This document shows positions 1-11,223 of a stretch of 64,000 nucleotides of DNA, in pieces; positions within the stretch are counted from its first letter, which is position 1; every line of letters starts with the position of its first letter. Location: assembly GCF_006345805.1 (NCBI RefSeq), contig NC_043000.1:80910001-80974000 (forward strand), in the 5' to 3' direction. Position numbers and translations under genes: made by a program. The notes below the pieces were generated by a model that was not told the origin of the DNA, searched no databases, and was given only the letters and a program-made list of their open reading frames with translations. The stretch comes from Octopus sinensis. Taxonomy: Eukaryota.

Positions 1-247
1 GAAGAAGACTATTTGATTTGCTTGAAACTTATTTAAAATCAAAGATATTTGATATAATCTTAATCCTCAGAATTTGATCTTCTTTTCCTACTATGCATCA
101 TTGTTAATCATAAATAACACCGACAGTAAAACCTGTTGTTAATTGAGAAAATCTGGGTGAGACTTGGAACAACTTGTACATATCAAAGCATCAACAACAA
201 GATTAATAATAATAATTATGATAATGATAATAATAATTATAATAATA

Positions 248-1922
248 AAGGTTGGATAACAGAGGAGCTTTTGACATGGTACCATACATTTGGATAATTA
301 AAACAATAAGCATTCTTTGGAGTGACAGAAAATATGAAGAAACTGGTCAATGAAAGTATGAAACATTGGAATATTGAATTGATTGGAGGAAAACAGACTT
401 GGCAGAGTGAGCATTGGATGTGGTATATTTCAAGGTGATAGCTTATCACCATTACTATTTGTAATGGCAATGATACCACTCAGTTTGATATTATGGAAAG
501 TTTAAATAGCTTATGATTTGAGAAAATAGTATGGTCAGATAAATCATCTCCTGTTTATGGATGATATAAGGCTTTAAACAAAAAGTGAGAAGCAGCTTCA
601 AAGTTTTGTGCGTTTTGTTTGCATTTTCTCAAATGATGTAGGTATGGAATTTGGGACTGAAATATTGATAATGGAATGGGCAAGGTTTGAAGGAAGCTAT
701 GGAATTGAAATGCTAGATACACAAACAATGAAAGCAGTTGAAAAAGAACTGTGGTACAAGTATTTGGGAATACTGAAGACAGATGAAATAAAACATGGAA
801 AGATGAAGCAAATTGCAAGTAGAGAGTATAGAAGGAAAATGAGAAAAAATATTACAGCCAAGGTTGAAATAAAAAAAATGTTACTGAAGCATTAGATTCA
901 TGAGCAATATCAGTTATCAGATATGAAGCTGGAACTGTGGATTGAACAAAAAGTGACATACAGAAGCTTGACAGAAAAATTAGAAAGTTGTTGATTATGT
1001 ATGGAGCTCACTACTTGAAAGCTGATATTAACTGGTCATATTTGAAGAGGCTTAAATGGTGTGGAAGAGTATGTGCAGATGGAATGCAACAGCTTACTAG
1101 ATTATTTGGAGACCAGCCCAGAGAAATTAGTAAAGGCAGTGAATACAGGACAGGTGATCAAGTATGAAATTGTTAGAGAACATGCAAATCAGATCGATGA
1201 GGAACCTTTGCATGGTCAGTTTTGGAAAATCACTAAGGATGTATGTGAAACAAATCCCTTGGCTTGTTTGAAAAAGAGGTAATTGCAAAAAGAAACAGGA
1301 GAGCCTTATTATAGTAGCTCAAGATCAGTCAATTCAAAGAAAGAACCTGAGAAAATATGTGTATGGGCAGAAGGTGTCAGCAAAATGTTATATTTGGGAT
1401 GAAAAAATGACACACATTGTTGCAGAATGTCCCAAATTGGCTCAAGGAGAATATAAGAAATGGAAGCATGATCAAGTTGTGAAAGTTTTGTGCTGATGTA
1501 CTTGGCATAATCATTGGGTAGGAAGAGTCAGATAAAAGCAAAATTTTATGGGATTTTCCACTTCAAATGGATAAAAGGATAGAAAAGAATAATAAGCTAT
1601 AACTATAATAGACAAGGAAAAGCAAATTTGCTTACTGATTGAGTCATCATGTCCATTTGATTCCAGGATTGCGAAGAAAGGTGAAAAATTAGAAAAAAAA
1701 TCACTCAAAATTTGAGATTGTGAAATTTGAAATATGAAAACTAGAATTTGTGCCTGTAATAATTGGTGCATTAAGGACTGTGAGTAACGACATAGAAAAA
1801 TGGTTGAAGGAGATTGGAATGGAATGTTCTGTAGAGCTTCTATAGAAGGTTTGCCTCTTAGCAACAGAAAAGATTATCAGAAGGATATTAAGCACTTGAA
1901 TGATTATTGAAAGCTTGTGGGT
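248..1922 (+). mobile_element. Degenerate, 5'-truncated R4/Dong-like non-LTR retrotransposon (RT + CCHC knuckle + restriction-like endonuclease)
   Basis: Broken-frame motifs: GIFQGDSLSPLLFV (422-463), INHLLFMDDI (539-568), YKYLGIL, EEPLHGQFW, C..THIVAECPKLAQGEYKKWKHDQV (from 1386) and LIESSCPFDSRIAKKGEKLEK (1635-1697). Many stops and frameshifts. (AAT)-rich 5' flank. Confidence 0.9.
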
Positions 1923-1924
1923 AT

Positions 1925-2140
1925 ACCCTTTTACTCTTTTACTTGTTTCAGTCATTTGACTGTGGCCATGCTGGAGCACCGCCTTTAGTAGAGCAAATCG
2001 ACCCCAGGACTTATTCTTTGGAAGCCTAGTACTTATTCTATCGGTCTCTTTTGCTGAACCGCTAAGTTACGGGGATGTAAACACACCAGCATCGGTTATT
2101 AACCGATGTTGCAGGGACAAACTCAGACACACAAACATAT

Positions 2141-2207
<67 letters not shown>

Positions 2208-2338
2208 TACGACGGGCTTCTTTCAGTTTCCATTTCACAAGGCTTTGGTCAGCTCAAGGCTATAGTAGAAGACACTTGCCCAAGGTGCCATGCAGTGAGA
2301 CTGAACCCGGAACCATTTGGTTGGAAAGCAAGCTACTT
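1925..2338 (-). mobile_element. tRNA-derived SINE (family A), body and 3' tail, split from its head by an insertion
   Basis: Matches the other family A copies (e.g. 28091-28505): B-box-like GGTTCAGTC, CACCTTGGGCAAGTGTCTTCTACTATAGC core, internal (TA)n/(TG)n, tail AAAAGAGTAAAAG. Confidence 0.9.
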
Positions 2339-3801
2339 TATTTTATTAAATTTGCCATAAAGGCAATACACAGAGGGGACACTACAACACATGTGGGGAC
2401 ATATAACAATTAAAAATAAAATATGATATAATGAATGAACATGAAAATGCACATGAAGAACAAATTAAAATATGATAATATGAATGATATCTGAAAACGA
2501 TATTATGAAGAGTGTGCTACTCACCCCACACTGAGTAACACAACTCGCTGTCTTTGGGTCCTGAGTCCTTTTTCTCTTTTCGTCCAATCCTTTTTCCCTT
2601 TTCACTGTCACTTAATGATAACATTCTCTCCGTCATGCATTCATAACCTTTTTCTCGGGAGGGGGGGTCTTCTAAATTTTGTGGTGTCTGTTCTCTCTTT
2701 TTCTTTTTTTCTTGAGGGGAAATAGGGTGGGTGGGTTTGGTGTCTGTATGGGGAGGGTTGGTTTGAGTGGTCTTCGGTGGGATGGGGTTGGACTGGGGTG
2801 CCACATCATACTCAGTGTCTTTTCTTTTTTTCCTCTTTCTCCTGTTGCGCTCTTCAATTTTCCATTCTTCCTCTTTTTTATCGTTTCCTTTGTCTATTTT
2901 GTCTTTCTCTCTTTTCTCTTCTGTCTCCGCAACTATATCCTCAGCCATAGTCCTTTGTAGAGGGCAGTATGCTCTAATGTGGCCCTTTTGGCCACATTTA
3001 AAACAACGTGGTACTCTGCCCTCTACCCACACCCTCAGCATGATTTCCCCCAGCGTCACAGTCTCTGCCAAGTTCTCAAGTTGTCCCTCCTCCATCTGAA
3101 TAATTAACTCGAGTGTCCTTCCTTTTGATCCTCCTTCTTCAGTTTCTGTGGCTTGGAGGACAGCCACCTTCTGTTCGCTTCCAACAAGGACAGCTGCCGC
3201 TACCCAAGCCACATTTATATCAGGCGGAATTCCTTCTACCCTTATCTTGGAAGTCCTTCTTCCAAGATACGTGGGTAGAAGGACCATTTCTTTCATCTTT
3301 ATCGTTCTACCCGCCAGCCTCCTTGCTTCCTCCTCTGTTCTAAACTGGACTACCATTGTCCCATATTGGCATCCTCTTGACATGTATATTACTCTGTTGG
3401 ATTCCTCCTTTACTGCCTTTTCTACTTTCTCTATTTCTATTAGGTCGACCTTCTTACTCTTTATCGAGTAAACTTTGTATATGACCGTTCTTCTTTTTAT
3501 GCCATCCATTATTCTTTGTGGGGGTGACAACGTCACGTTGCCACCCACTTTCTGCACCATTTTTCCATGCTCCTTCATTCTTGATAAATCCACCTCTTTT
3601 CTCTTCACCTCCACAGCCTCTGTGAAACTCTTCATTTTCTTTAAATATTCATCAATGCCTTCTACTGCTCTCAGCAGCTCCTCCTCTGAAGAAGACAGCT
3701 CAGACCCGCTAAGGTCCAAGTACATTACTAACCTCAAAGCAGCAAAAGGAAAAACGTCTGACTCGCACACAACCGACAAACCAATTGCACTCTGGGTAAC
3801 C
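2339..3801 (-). mobile_element. ORF1-only Tx1/L1-like retroposon (no ORF2), flanked by a target-site duplication
   Basis: TSD AAGCAAGCTACTT at 2326-2338 and 3804-3816. The 3' end on the minus strand is TTGCC-TTTAT-GGCAA (hairpin, 2352-2366) followed by AATAAAATAAA. Only about 180 bp separate the ORF1 stop from the 3' end. Confidence 0.85.
2517..3725 (-). CDS. Retrotransposon ORF1p (gag-like nucleic-acid chaperone), 402 aa from first ATG
   Basis: Uninterrupted frame. CX2CX4HX4C knuckle CFKCGQKGHIRAYC (2964-3005) preceded by RVWVEGRVPR, an RRM-like central region, and a Lys/Glu-rich basic tail (RRKRKK). This layout is typical of Tx1/L1-clade ORF1. Confidence 0.85.
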   Translation of the reverse strand: MYLDLSGSELSSSEEELLRAVEGIDEYLKKMKSFTEAVEVKRKEVDLSRMKEHGKMVQKVGGNVTLSPPQRIMDGIKRRTVIYKVYSIKSKKVDLIEIEKVEKAVKEESNRVIYMSRGCQYGTMVVQFRTEEEARRLAGRTIKMKEMVLLPTYLGRRTSKIRVEGIPPDINVAWVAAAVLVGSEQKVAVLQATETEEGGSKGRTLELIIQMEEGQLENLAETVTLGEIMLRVWVEGRVPRCFKCGQKGHIRAYCPLQRTMAEDIVAETEEKREKDKIDKGNDKKEEEWKIEERNRRKRKKRKDTEYDVAPQSNPIPPKTTQTNPPHTDTKPTHPISPQEKKKKREQTPQNLEDPPSREKGYECMTERMLSLSDSEKGKRIGRKEKKDSGPKDSELCYSVWGE

Positions 3802-3862
3802 GGAAGCAAGCTACTTACCACACAGCCACTCCTACGCCTATGTAGCCACTCCTACACCTATA
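3802..3862 (-). mobile_element. 5' head of the family A SINE split by the ORF1-only element, with a short duplication of its first ~18 bp
   Basis: Minus strand ATAGGCGTAGGAGTGGCTGTGTGGTAAGTAGCTTGCTTCC contains the A-box-like TGGCTGTGTGG. AGCCACTCCTAC recurs at about 3824 and 3844. Confidence 0.85.
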
Positions 3863-3954
3863 TCTAGCATTATTGTTAGTAACCTGCTACCCACACGAAA
3901 TCTACCAGGAACAAGGCTATTCCTGAGTCAAGTCAAATAACTACAACAATAATA

Positions 3955-4140
3955 ATAATCCTTTCTACTATAGGCACATGATCTCAAATTTTGGTGGGAG
4001 GGAGCCAGTTACTTACATTGTGTAATTGGTACTTATTTCATCGACCTCGAAAGGATGAAAGGCAAAGTTGACCTCAATGGAATTTGAACTCAGAATGTAA
4101 AGATGGACAAAATACTGCTAAGCTGCCAGCTCGCCACCTT
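3955..4140 (-). mobile_element. SINE family B (Deu/Nin-domain-like core)
   Basis: Minus-strand GAGGTCAACTTTGCCTTTCATCCTTTCGAGGTCGATGAAATAAGTACC core and (ATT)n tail. The same family recurs many times in the window. Confidence 0.7.
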
Positions 4141-4155
4141 AGTAATAATAGTAAT

Positions 4156-4528
4156 AACAAGAGCACTCAGAGAGCACAACCCTCTACCAAGGCAACACCA
4201 ACCTCCTCTTAATGATTAGCCAGAGATGATTTTTAAAATGAGTATATCTGAAATAAACTTGACTGCTCTCACAAACGTGAATGCTAAAAATGAACCCGCC
4301 TGCCCTCAAAAATTAAGTAAAAAAACAGGAAAAATACTCCAGAATCCTTGTCCAGGACCAGATCAATCCCAAAATCTAATCAGTTCCTGCCAGCTATGAG
4401 ACTAAACATCCCTGAAAGTTTCATCTGAATCCATCCAGCAGTTCTTGAAATATCTTGTCCACAGACAAACAAGCAAACAAACACAACTGAAAACAATACC
4501 TCTGCCTTCGCTAAGTTGGAGATAATAA
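4156..4528 (+). mobile_element. Non-autonomous Helentron-type element (HINE-like)
   Basis: CCAAAATCTAATCAGTTC...GAAAGTTTCATCTGAATCCATCC...ACAGACAAACAAGCAAAC body, decayed 3' hairpin CCTCTGCCTT-CGCT-AAGTTGGAG (4499-4521), related CCTCTACCAAGG near the 5' end, AT-rich insertion site. Confidence 0.6.
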
Positions 4529-5125
4529 ATATTTTTACACTCTCAAGGTGACACATTTGGGGAAATGAGTAGAGTCAGTTACAATGAACTCCAATGCATA
4601 GCTGATACTTATTTAATTGACCCTGAAAGGATGAAAGCCAAAGATATCATCCAGCTGGATCTGAACTACTAAATACTATAAGATATTTAGCCCAGTGCTC
4701 TACCCATTCTGTGTATCAACTATATTAAAGAAAGGAGTAAAAGTAAATGCCGATATAGACAGAAGACTACAGATGCTAGAAGATGGCCAGAGTCAGGCAC
4801 AGTTAACCTAGTCTTTAACTGATATTAATTTTCCTAACTCTGGTGGGATGAAATGGAAAAGTAAACTCAACTTTGAGATGAAAGCAAAGGTGAAACTGTC
4901 TCTTGCTTATTTTGAACTCAGAATGTAGGTGGAGTAAATGAAATACCACAACATTTTGTCTGAAGTTTCATAGTGATGATATAGTAATGATTTCTAACAT
5001 AGAAATAAATAGAATTAATAAGTCTCAACTCTAGGTCTGTCATTTTATCACATTAAGGTAAATGAACAGCAATGAAAACAACTGCAGCTGCTGCAACAAC
5101 ATCAACACCACCACCACCAATAATA

Positions 5126-5172
<47 letters not shown>

Positions 5173-5740
5173 TGATGCAGTACCAGGCAGTGGCTCTCAT
5201 GGCTTCTGATCTTAACTGATTGGAAGTGTCATCATGTACATTGTTTTGTCTTGGTATAAAAGATGGGCTACAGCAAATATTCTGCTCAATACCGCAGATT
5301 TGCTTGTCAGTTGTTTGACCTTAACCAGTTGAGCATGTCCCTTAGTGGCTGACAATACGTGCATCTCTGATCACGAGCAGAAGTAGTGGGGGAGCATCAT
5401 AGCCATGTGTTGAGAGGGATTCTTTGGAGTTTGAATAATTCACCTCTGGAAACATAGGTGTTTCGTTCAACATCCTAAAGCAACCCTTATTCAGGGACCT
5501 TTTGAGCAGGATGGGCTACTCGACCTGAAGAAAATTCTAACTGGGCCCCACCTGCAAGGTCATGTGCTGTTTATCTTGATATGAGATCACCATGTCGCGC
5601 ACATATGGTTGTGATGCATGTGCCTGGTGTACCTTTATCAGACGGGTAGTCATGATGGGTATGCTGGGCTTCGTATATTTTACCCCAGTGTCACTTTGAT
5701 GGCATGCACTGCTCTCTCACTCAATAATAATAATAATGAT
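5173..5740. repeat. ~550-bp non-coding interspersed element, copy 1, bounded by (AAT)n
   Basis: Colinear with 5745-6323 over its full length (TGATGCAGTA...CTGCTCTCTCACTC). (AAT)n on both sides. Confidence 0.8.
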
Positions 5741-5744
5741 AAAA

Positions 5745-6323
5745 TGCCCTGATGCAGTATTGGACAGTGGCTCTAATGGCTTTTGATTTTAACTGATTGG
5801 AAGTGTTATCATGTACATTGTTTTGTCTTAGTTTAAAAGGTAGACTACAACAAATATTCTGCTCAATACCACAGATTTGCTTGCTAGTTACTTGACCTTA
5901 ACCAGTTGAGCATGTCCCTTTGTAGCTGACGATATGTGCATCTCTGATCAAGTGCAGAAGTAGTGGAAGAGCATCATAGCTATGTGTTGAAAAGAATTCT
6001 TTGTTGTTTGAAATAATTCACCCCTGGAAATATGGGTGTTTTGTTCATCATCCTTAAGTAAACCATATTCAAGAATCTTTTGAGCAGGATCTTCTACTCA
6101 GTCTGAAGAAAATTCTAACTGGACCCCCACCTGCAAGGTCAGGCACTGTTTATCTTGATATAAAATCACCATGTCATGCACATATGGTTGTGATGCATGT
6201 GCCTAGTGTACACTTATCAGACGGGTAGTCAAGATGGGAATACTGGGCTTCACATATTTTACCCCAGTGTCACTTTCATAACATGCGCTGCTCTCTCACT
6301 CAATAATAATAATATTAATAATG
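5745..6323. repeat. ~550-bp non-coding interspersed element, copy 2, bounded by (AAT)n
   Basis: Diverged head-to-tail copy of 5173-5740. Confidence 0.8.
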
Positions 6324-6324
6324 A

Positions 6325-6975
6325 TATAGAGGCACAGGGCCTCATATTGGGTAGGAGGGAACTAGTTGATTACATCAACCTCAGTGCTTCACTGGTACTT
6401 AATTTATCTGTCTGGAAAGGATGAGAGGCAAAGTTGACCTCAGCAGAATTTCACCTAAGAATGTAGTGACAGGTGAAATACCGTTAAGCATCTTGCCTGG
6501 CGTGCTAATAATTCTACCAGCTTGCCACCTCAATAATAATATTTCTACTATAGGCAATAGGCCTGAAATTTGGTGTGAATGAACTAGTCAATTATATCAA
6601 CCCAGTGCATAACTGGTACTTATTTCATCAATCCTGAAAGGATGAAAGATAAAGCTGACCCTGGTGGAATTTGAACTCAGAGCATAAAGCTGGAAGAAAT
6701 GCCACTAAGCATTTCATCTGGCATGCTAATGATTCTACCAGTGTGCAATAATAATATTAATAACCAAAACAACAATAATAATAATCGCTTCTAATATAGA
6801 CACAAAGCCTGTAATTTTGGGGGAAGGAGCTAGACAATTACATTAACCCAAGTACTTGATTGATACCTATTTTATAGACCTGAAAGAGACGAAAAGCAAA
6901 CCTGACTTCAGCAGAATTTGAATATAAAGTAACTAAGCATTTTGTTCAGTATGCTAACAATTCTGCCAGCTGGCC
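6325..6975 (-). mobile_element. Three head-to-tail family B SINE copies
   Basis: The GAAAGGATGA..GGCAAAGTTGACCTC..GAATTTGAACTCAGAA core recurs near 6415, 6635 and 6880, separated by (AAT) tails. Confidence 0.7.
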
Positions 6976-7066
6976 TAGTATGGGCCCAAGCCCTGAAACT
7001 TTTGCTAGTATTTTGTTCAACATGCCAATGACTCTGCCAAATAATGATAATAATAAAAAGAATTAA

Positions 7067-7120
<54 letters not shown>
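7067..7120. repeat. (TAA)n microsatellite
   Basis: Pure TAA run. Confidence 0.95.
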
Positions 7121-7121
<1 letters not shown>

Positions 7122-7524
7122 GTAATACTAATTACAACCAATATATGTGTTTAATCATAGTAAAAGAGTGTAGGAAAACAGCAATATTACAAAATGCAGT
7201 GAAGAAGGAGAATGGCATGTAATGTTAATTGATGATAACAAGCTGTGTGATGGGGGAACTAGGGATGCTGGTAGTGATGGTAAGGCAATAGTCTCAAGGG
7301 AAGGGTGGTAAGGCAAAACTGGTTACACAAGAGTTTAACAAGTGAGATGATATAGTTTGAAGACAGGAAGAAGATAGAATACTATCTAAACTCTCGGTTA
7401 AATAGCTCACCCATTATGGGTGGTTTCCTTCATTTAAACATTTTTGTTGGTTATTGTATTATCATCTTAAGTTATTTTATTAGCTCTTTTATTGTTATCT
7501 CTTTTACCATATTTTATTGCCATC

Positions 7525-7700
7525 AGTACACTGGTGCTGGTGCTACATAAAAAAACATCCAGCTGTATAAACCAAACCAAAACAGACTATGGAACCTTGT
7601 GTGGCCCCTGGCCTTACCAGTTCCTGTCAAGCCATCAAGCCCATGCCGTCATGGAAAAGAGACATTAAATGTTGTTGTTGTTGTTGATGATGATGATAGT
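7525..7700 (+). mobile_element. RTE-LINE 3' tail fragment ending in (GTT)n/(GAT)n
   Basis: CATCCAGCTGTA...CCCATGCC..CATGGAAA..GACATTAAATG, homologous to the 3' end of the RTE copy at 29178-29360. Confidence 0.65.
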
Positions 7701-8577
7701 ATTTCATAAAAATTTTCTAGAAGTTATTTGTCATTTTATTTTCTACCTCGTATGCATGTGTATGATAGTTTCAATGGTGTTACTGCCATTTCCCCTTTTA
7801 CTCTAACTCTTTGCCTGAAGGGCCTTTGTTACTTGCTTGATAATTGTTTCAAACAGAAAAATAAACCAAAGCTTTTAATACAGTGTTTTAATATGAGAGG
7901 ACACAAGAGAAAAACGTGACTTTGCAAAACAAACCTATCTGCAGTAGTATGGAGAAAATATAGCATAGATGTTGTTGATGATGGTAGTGATAATGATAAT
8001 GATGAGAGGATATGACGATGAAGCGTTGTCACAAGGATGTGTGACAGCAATGATTTCTATAGTTTTAATCACCATTAATTAATATATAACATCAATCATT
8101 TGGTTTGCTGTCCAGTGTAATTTCAGTTCCAGATGCATGACCGTTCACTTCTGACCACATAACAGTTTTAAAAAATCACTGTGTTGTTTACTCTGAAATA
8201 GTTTCATATGAAAATAGCTGCGGGCTACAACAATTATAAATCATTTTTTGAGACATATTTCTTCCAGAAGCTTCTCTGAGTCTATGTATGATATACTTTT
8301 ATCTGTCTGTTCCACAGAAAGGAGAAGTGATTATTATCTGATAATGTGGCAAATAATGTTAATTCTTTTTTAGTTATTTATTTTGTTTTCATCTGTCTAC
8401 AATGATTTTCATTCCGGTCTTGTCTATTAAATTATGTACATCAAACATCTGAGTGAAATTTGTGATGTATTTACAGGTGGAATTGTTTTCAAAAAGAAAT
8501 TCAGTTACAATTCTTCTCATAAACACTGATTTATCATGAATTAAATGTTAAGATTCTACAGTAGTTGGTATTCAGCA

Positions 8578-8790
8578 TAATAATCCTTTCTACTGGAGAC
8601 ACAAGGCCTTAAATATGTTGGATGAGGACTAGTCAATTACATCGACCCCAGTGTTTCACTGGTACTTAATCTATTGACCCCAAAAGAATGAAAGGCAAAG
8701 TCAACCTTGGCAAAGTTTGAATTCAGAATGTAATGGCAGGTGAAATACCACTAAGCACTTTGTCCAGCGTGCTAATGATTCTGCCAGGTC
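8578..8790 (-). mobile_element. SINE family B copy
   Basis: TTGACCCCAAAAGAATGAAAGGCAAAGTCAACCTTG core and AATAATCCTTTCTAC tail. Confidence 0.7.
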
Positions 8791-8936
8791 ACCACCTTAG
8801 TAATAGGCATAATAATGGTTACACATTTGTTTTTGGTTCACTTTGTTCTGTTTTTTACTATCCTGGAGAAAGAGGCTATAGCCATGGCGTTAGCAGGATT
8901 TCCAATTTGGTCAAGTTGATGTATGATCATCTAGTT

Positions 8937-9239
8937 CAGTGGTTCTCATATGGCCCCTGAGGTCCACACACCAAAATAGTAAAATGGGAATCCACAATAG
9001 TATTTTAAGGGCCCCTGAAAAACTTTTGCTTTAGTTGTATGTATTGGTGTTTATTGGAAGAAACAGCTGTTTCTTTCTCAAACATTTTACATAGCTTAAC
9101 CTACACAAGTTAAGTAAAATAGGAATTTTGTAAAAGTTTCTATAAAACTAGTTTTTAAATATCAAACGGCTATGGGGGTCCACCAGAATAAAATAGTAAT
9201 CAAAGGGATCTATAGACAGAAAATGGTTGAGAACCCTTG
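8937..9239. mobile_element. hAT (Charlie/Buster-type) MITE
   Basis: TIRs CAGTGGTTCTCA / TGAGAACCCTTG. 8-bp TSD ATCTAGTT at 8929-8936 and 9240-9247. Confidence 0.85.
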
Positions 9240-10575
9240 ATCTAGTTGTTTGATAAACAGGATGATTTACTCAATGGTTTAGCTTATGAAATGGTTGAGG
9301 TATGTGTATCCGTAACGTAGTTCTCAAGTAAATGTGTGACAAAACTGGACCTTTGAATAAAGAAGCAGTCCATTCAATGAGCATCTGCCCTCTTTCTGTG
9401 TGCCTATATCTCCACCCAAGGTTTGATTCAACCTGAGTTTATTGTAAAGTCACTTTCTTAAGATGTTATAAAGTGGGATTGAACTTAAGACCTGATGGTT
9501 GTGAAGTGAACTCCTTAACCACTCGGCCATGCCTTCCTCTATTAGGTATAATGTAATGTGCATCATTAACACAGCAAAATTTATGTCCTAAACACTAGTC
9601 TTCTTCTTTAGAACTAGAAGTACTTCAGGCCCTAATAACTAATAACTTTTTACAAATCTCAATTGATATTCACAATACAGTACTGCTCCCTTATCTACTC
9701 TGCTCCTTGAGGTTGGCTGGTGTTATCAACCAACTTTTTTTGAAGAGAGATCTCTTTAGTGTTACCAATTCACTGATCTCACCTTCTCTTGTTACCCATA
9801 TTCCTCTGCCCCATACTAATACACACACACATCTGCCCTATGCTAATACACACACACACATCCATAGAATATTGGTCCTCAGGAATTCCTTCCTGAGGCA
9901 TGTTTTAATTACAGCCATCAAATTTAAAACTGTTCAAAGGAATAGTAACAGCATCAGTCTTGCAGATTTCAGAGGTCTTGCAAATAAGGTTATAGGCTCA
10001 TCCAACAGACCAAACTTATAAAAAAAGTAAAAAACATATCTAATACAGACAAAATGGTTATATCTTCTGCTGGAATGGTGTATAAAATAGACAGGATGAA
10101 GTTAAGGGTGAGATGGTATGGCCTTGAACACATATGGACTGGCCATAGCTACTATCTATATATGTTAAACAGTAAAATTTTAGATAATATGAAGCAGCAT
10201 GAAAGATAATCATAACTAGATTAACCATAACTAGGCTCATAACTGGACATGTTGTATTGTTAGTTCATTGGTTGGGATGCACTCTGATCTCTGGTCTTTT
10301 GTTTTCTGGATTCAGTTGCTGCTCTCTCTCACTGGGGCAAGAAAATGTAGGCTTTGACATTGGTGGGATGTGTCTTCAGTGTCAAATGGATTGAAGTAAT
10401 ATGTCAGTCACATCAATATACTTGTCTATAAATGCAGAACTAACACAAGGAATGTGATAAACAATGGGACTGTAATGAAAAACATATATATAAGAAACTG
10501 TAAATTGATGTTATAAGATATTATAGACACTAATCTCATACAATCTCACTAGCAAGGTTTGAACCACATACCAGA

Positions 10576-11223
10576 CTTTGCAAAAATCTTGTTACACTCA
10601 TTACGACACTTTCAGCAAAGGGCAAAACGATAGTTTTGATGTGGTTAGACATGTTTTTATTGTTTTAACTTATAATTTTATTGTTTTAGCATATAAATAT
10701 GTTTAAGTATTAATATTAATCAAAGTGGCTACCCTCGGTGGTGAGCACTCACTCCAGGCAAGACCTGAAGGTCATGCACACGTTGCAGACAAAGTCCTTC
10801 TTCATGCTAGCCCAGATGCAGTTGACAGAGGACTTCAGCTCATTGACATTGCTGTGATGTGCACCCATATGCTGTGGTCAAAAGGGTTGTGACTGTGGTG
10901 GCCAAAAGTCCTTCAGCCAGAAGTTCATGTTTGACCTCTTTGAAGTCTTTCCTGTTCTTGAACCTCTCCGTGATTCTGTGGATAGTCATCTGGCTGATGT
11001 TGAGCTGCTTGGCGATGTCATACTTGTTGTGGCCCACGTGCAGAAGAGCAGAGATCTCAGTTCTTTTTGCTTCCATCTCAATACACCTGCACACAATAGA
11101 AAAGATGCATTAGTGACACTTGCAGGAAAATAGAACTTTAGGTATGTTTGATGCCATCTTTTCTGTGACACATGTAAACCTCTCAAAAGACCCAAAACCA
11201 AGTGTAACAGGATTTTTGCAAAG
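10576..11223 (-). mobile_element. Internally deleted Tc1/mariner-superfamily element (DD37D/maT-like)
   Basis: HTH-like N-terminus MEAKRTEISALLHVGHNKYDIAKQLNISQMTIHRI is joined to the C-terminus NVNELKSSVNCIWASMKKDFVCNVCMTFRSCLE*VLTTEGSHFD*. 23-bp inverted repeat CTTTGCAAAAATC(T/C)TGTTACACT at 10576-10598 and 11201-11223. True ends may lie slightly outside. Confidence 0.7.

Noticed and set aside
3726-3821. First 32 codons of the 434-aa ORF call
   Set aside because: They start at a GTG inside the SINE head and cross the TSD. The first in-element ATG is at 3725.
2679-3867. Several plus-strand ORFs overlapping ORF1
   Set aside because: Low-complexity F/L/S-rich antisense shadows of the purine-rich ORF1.
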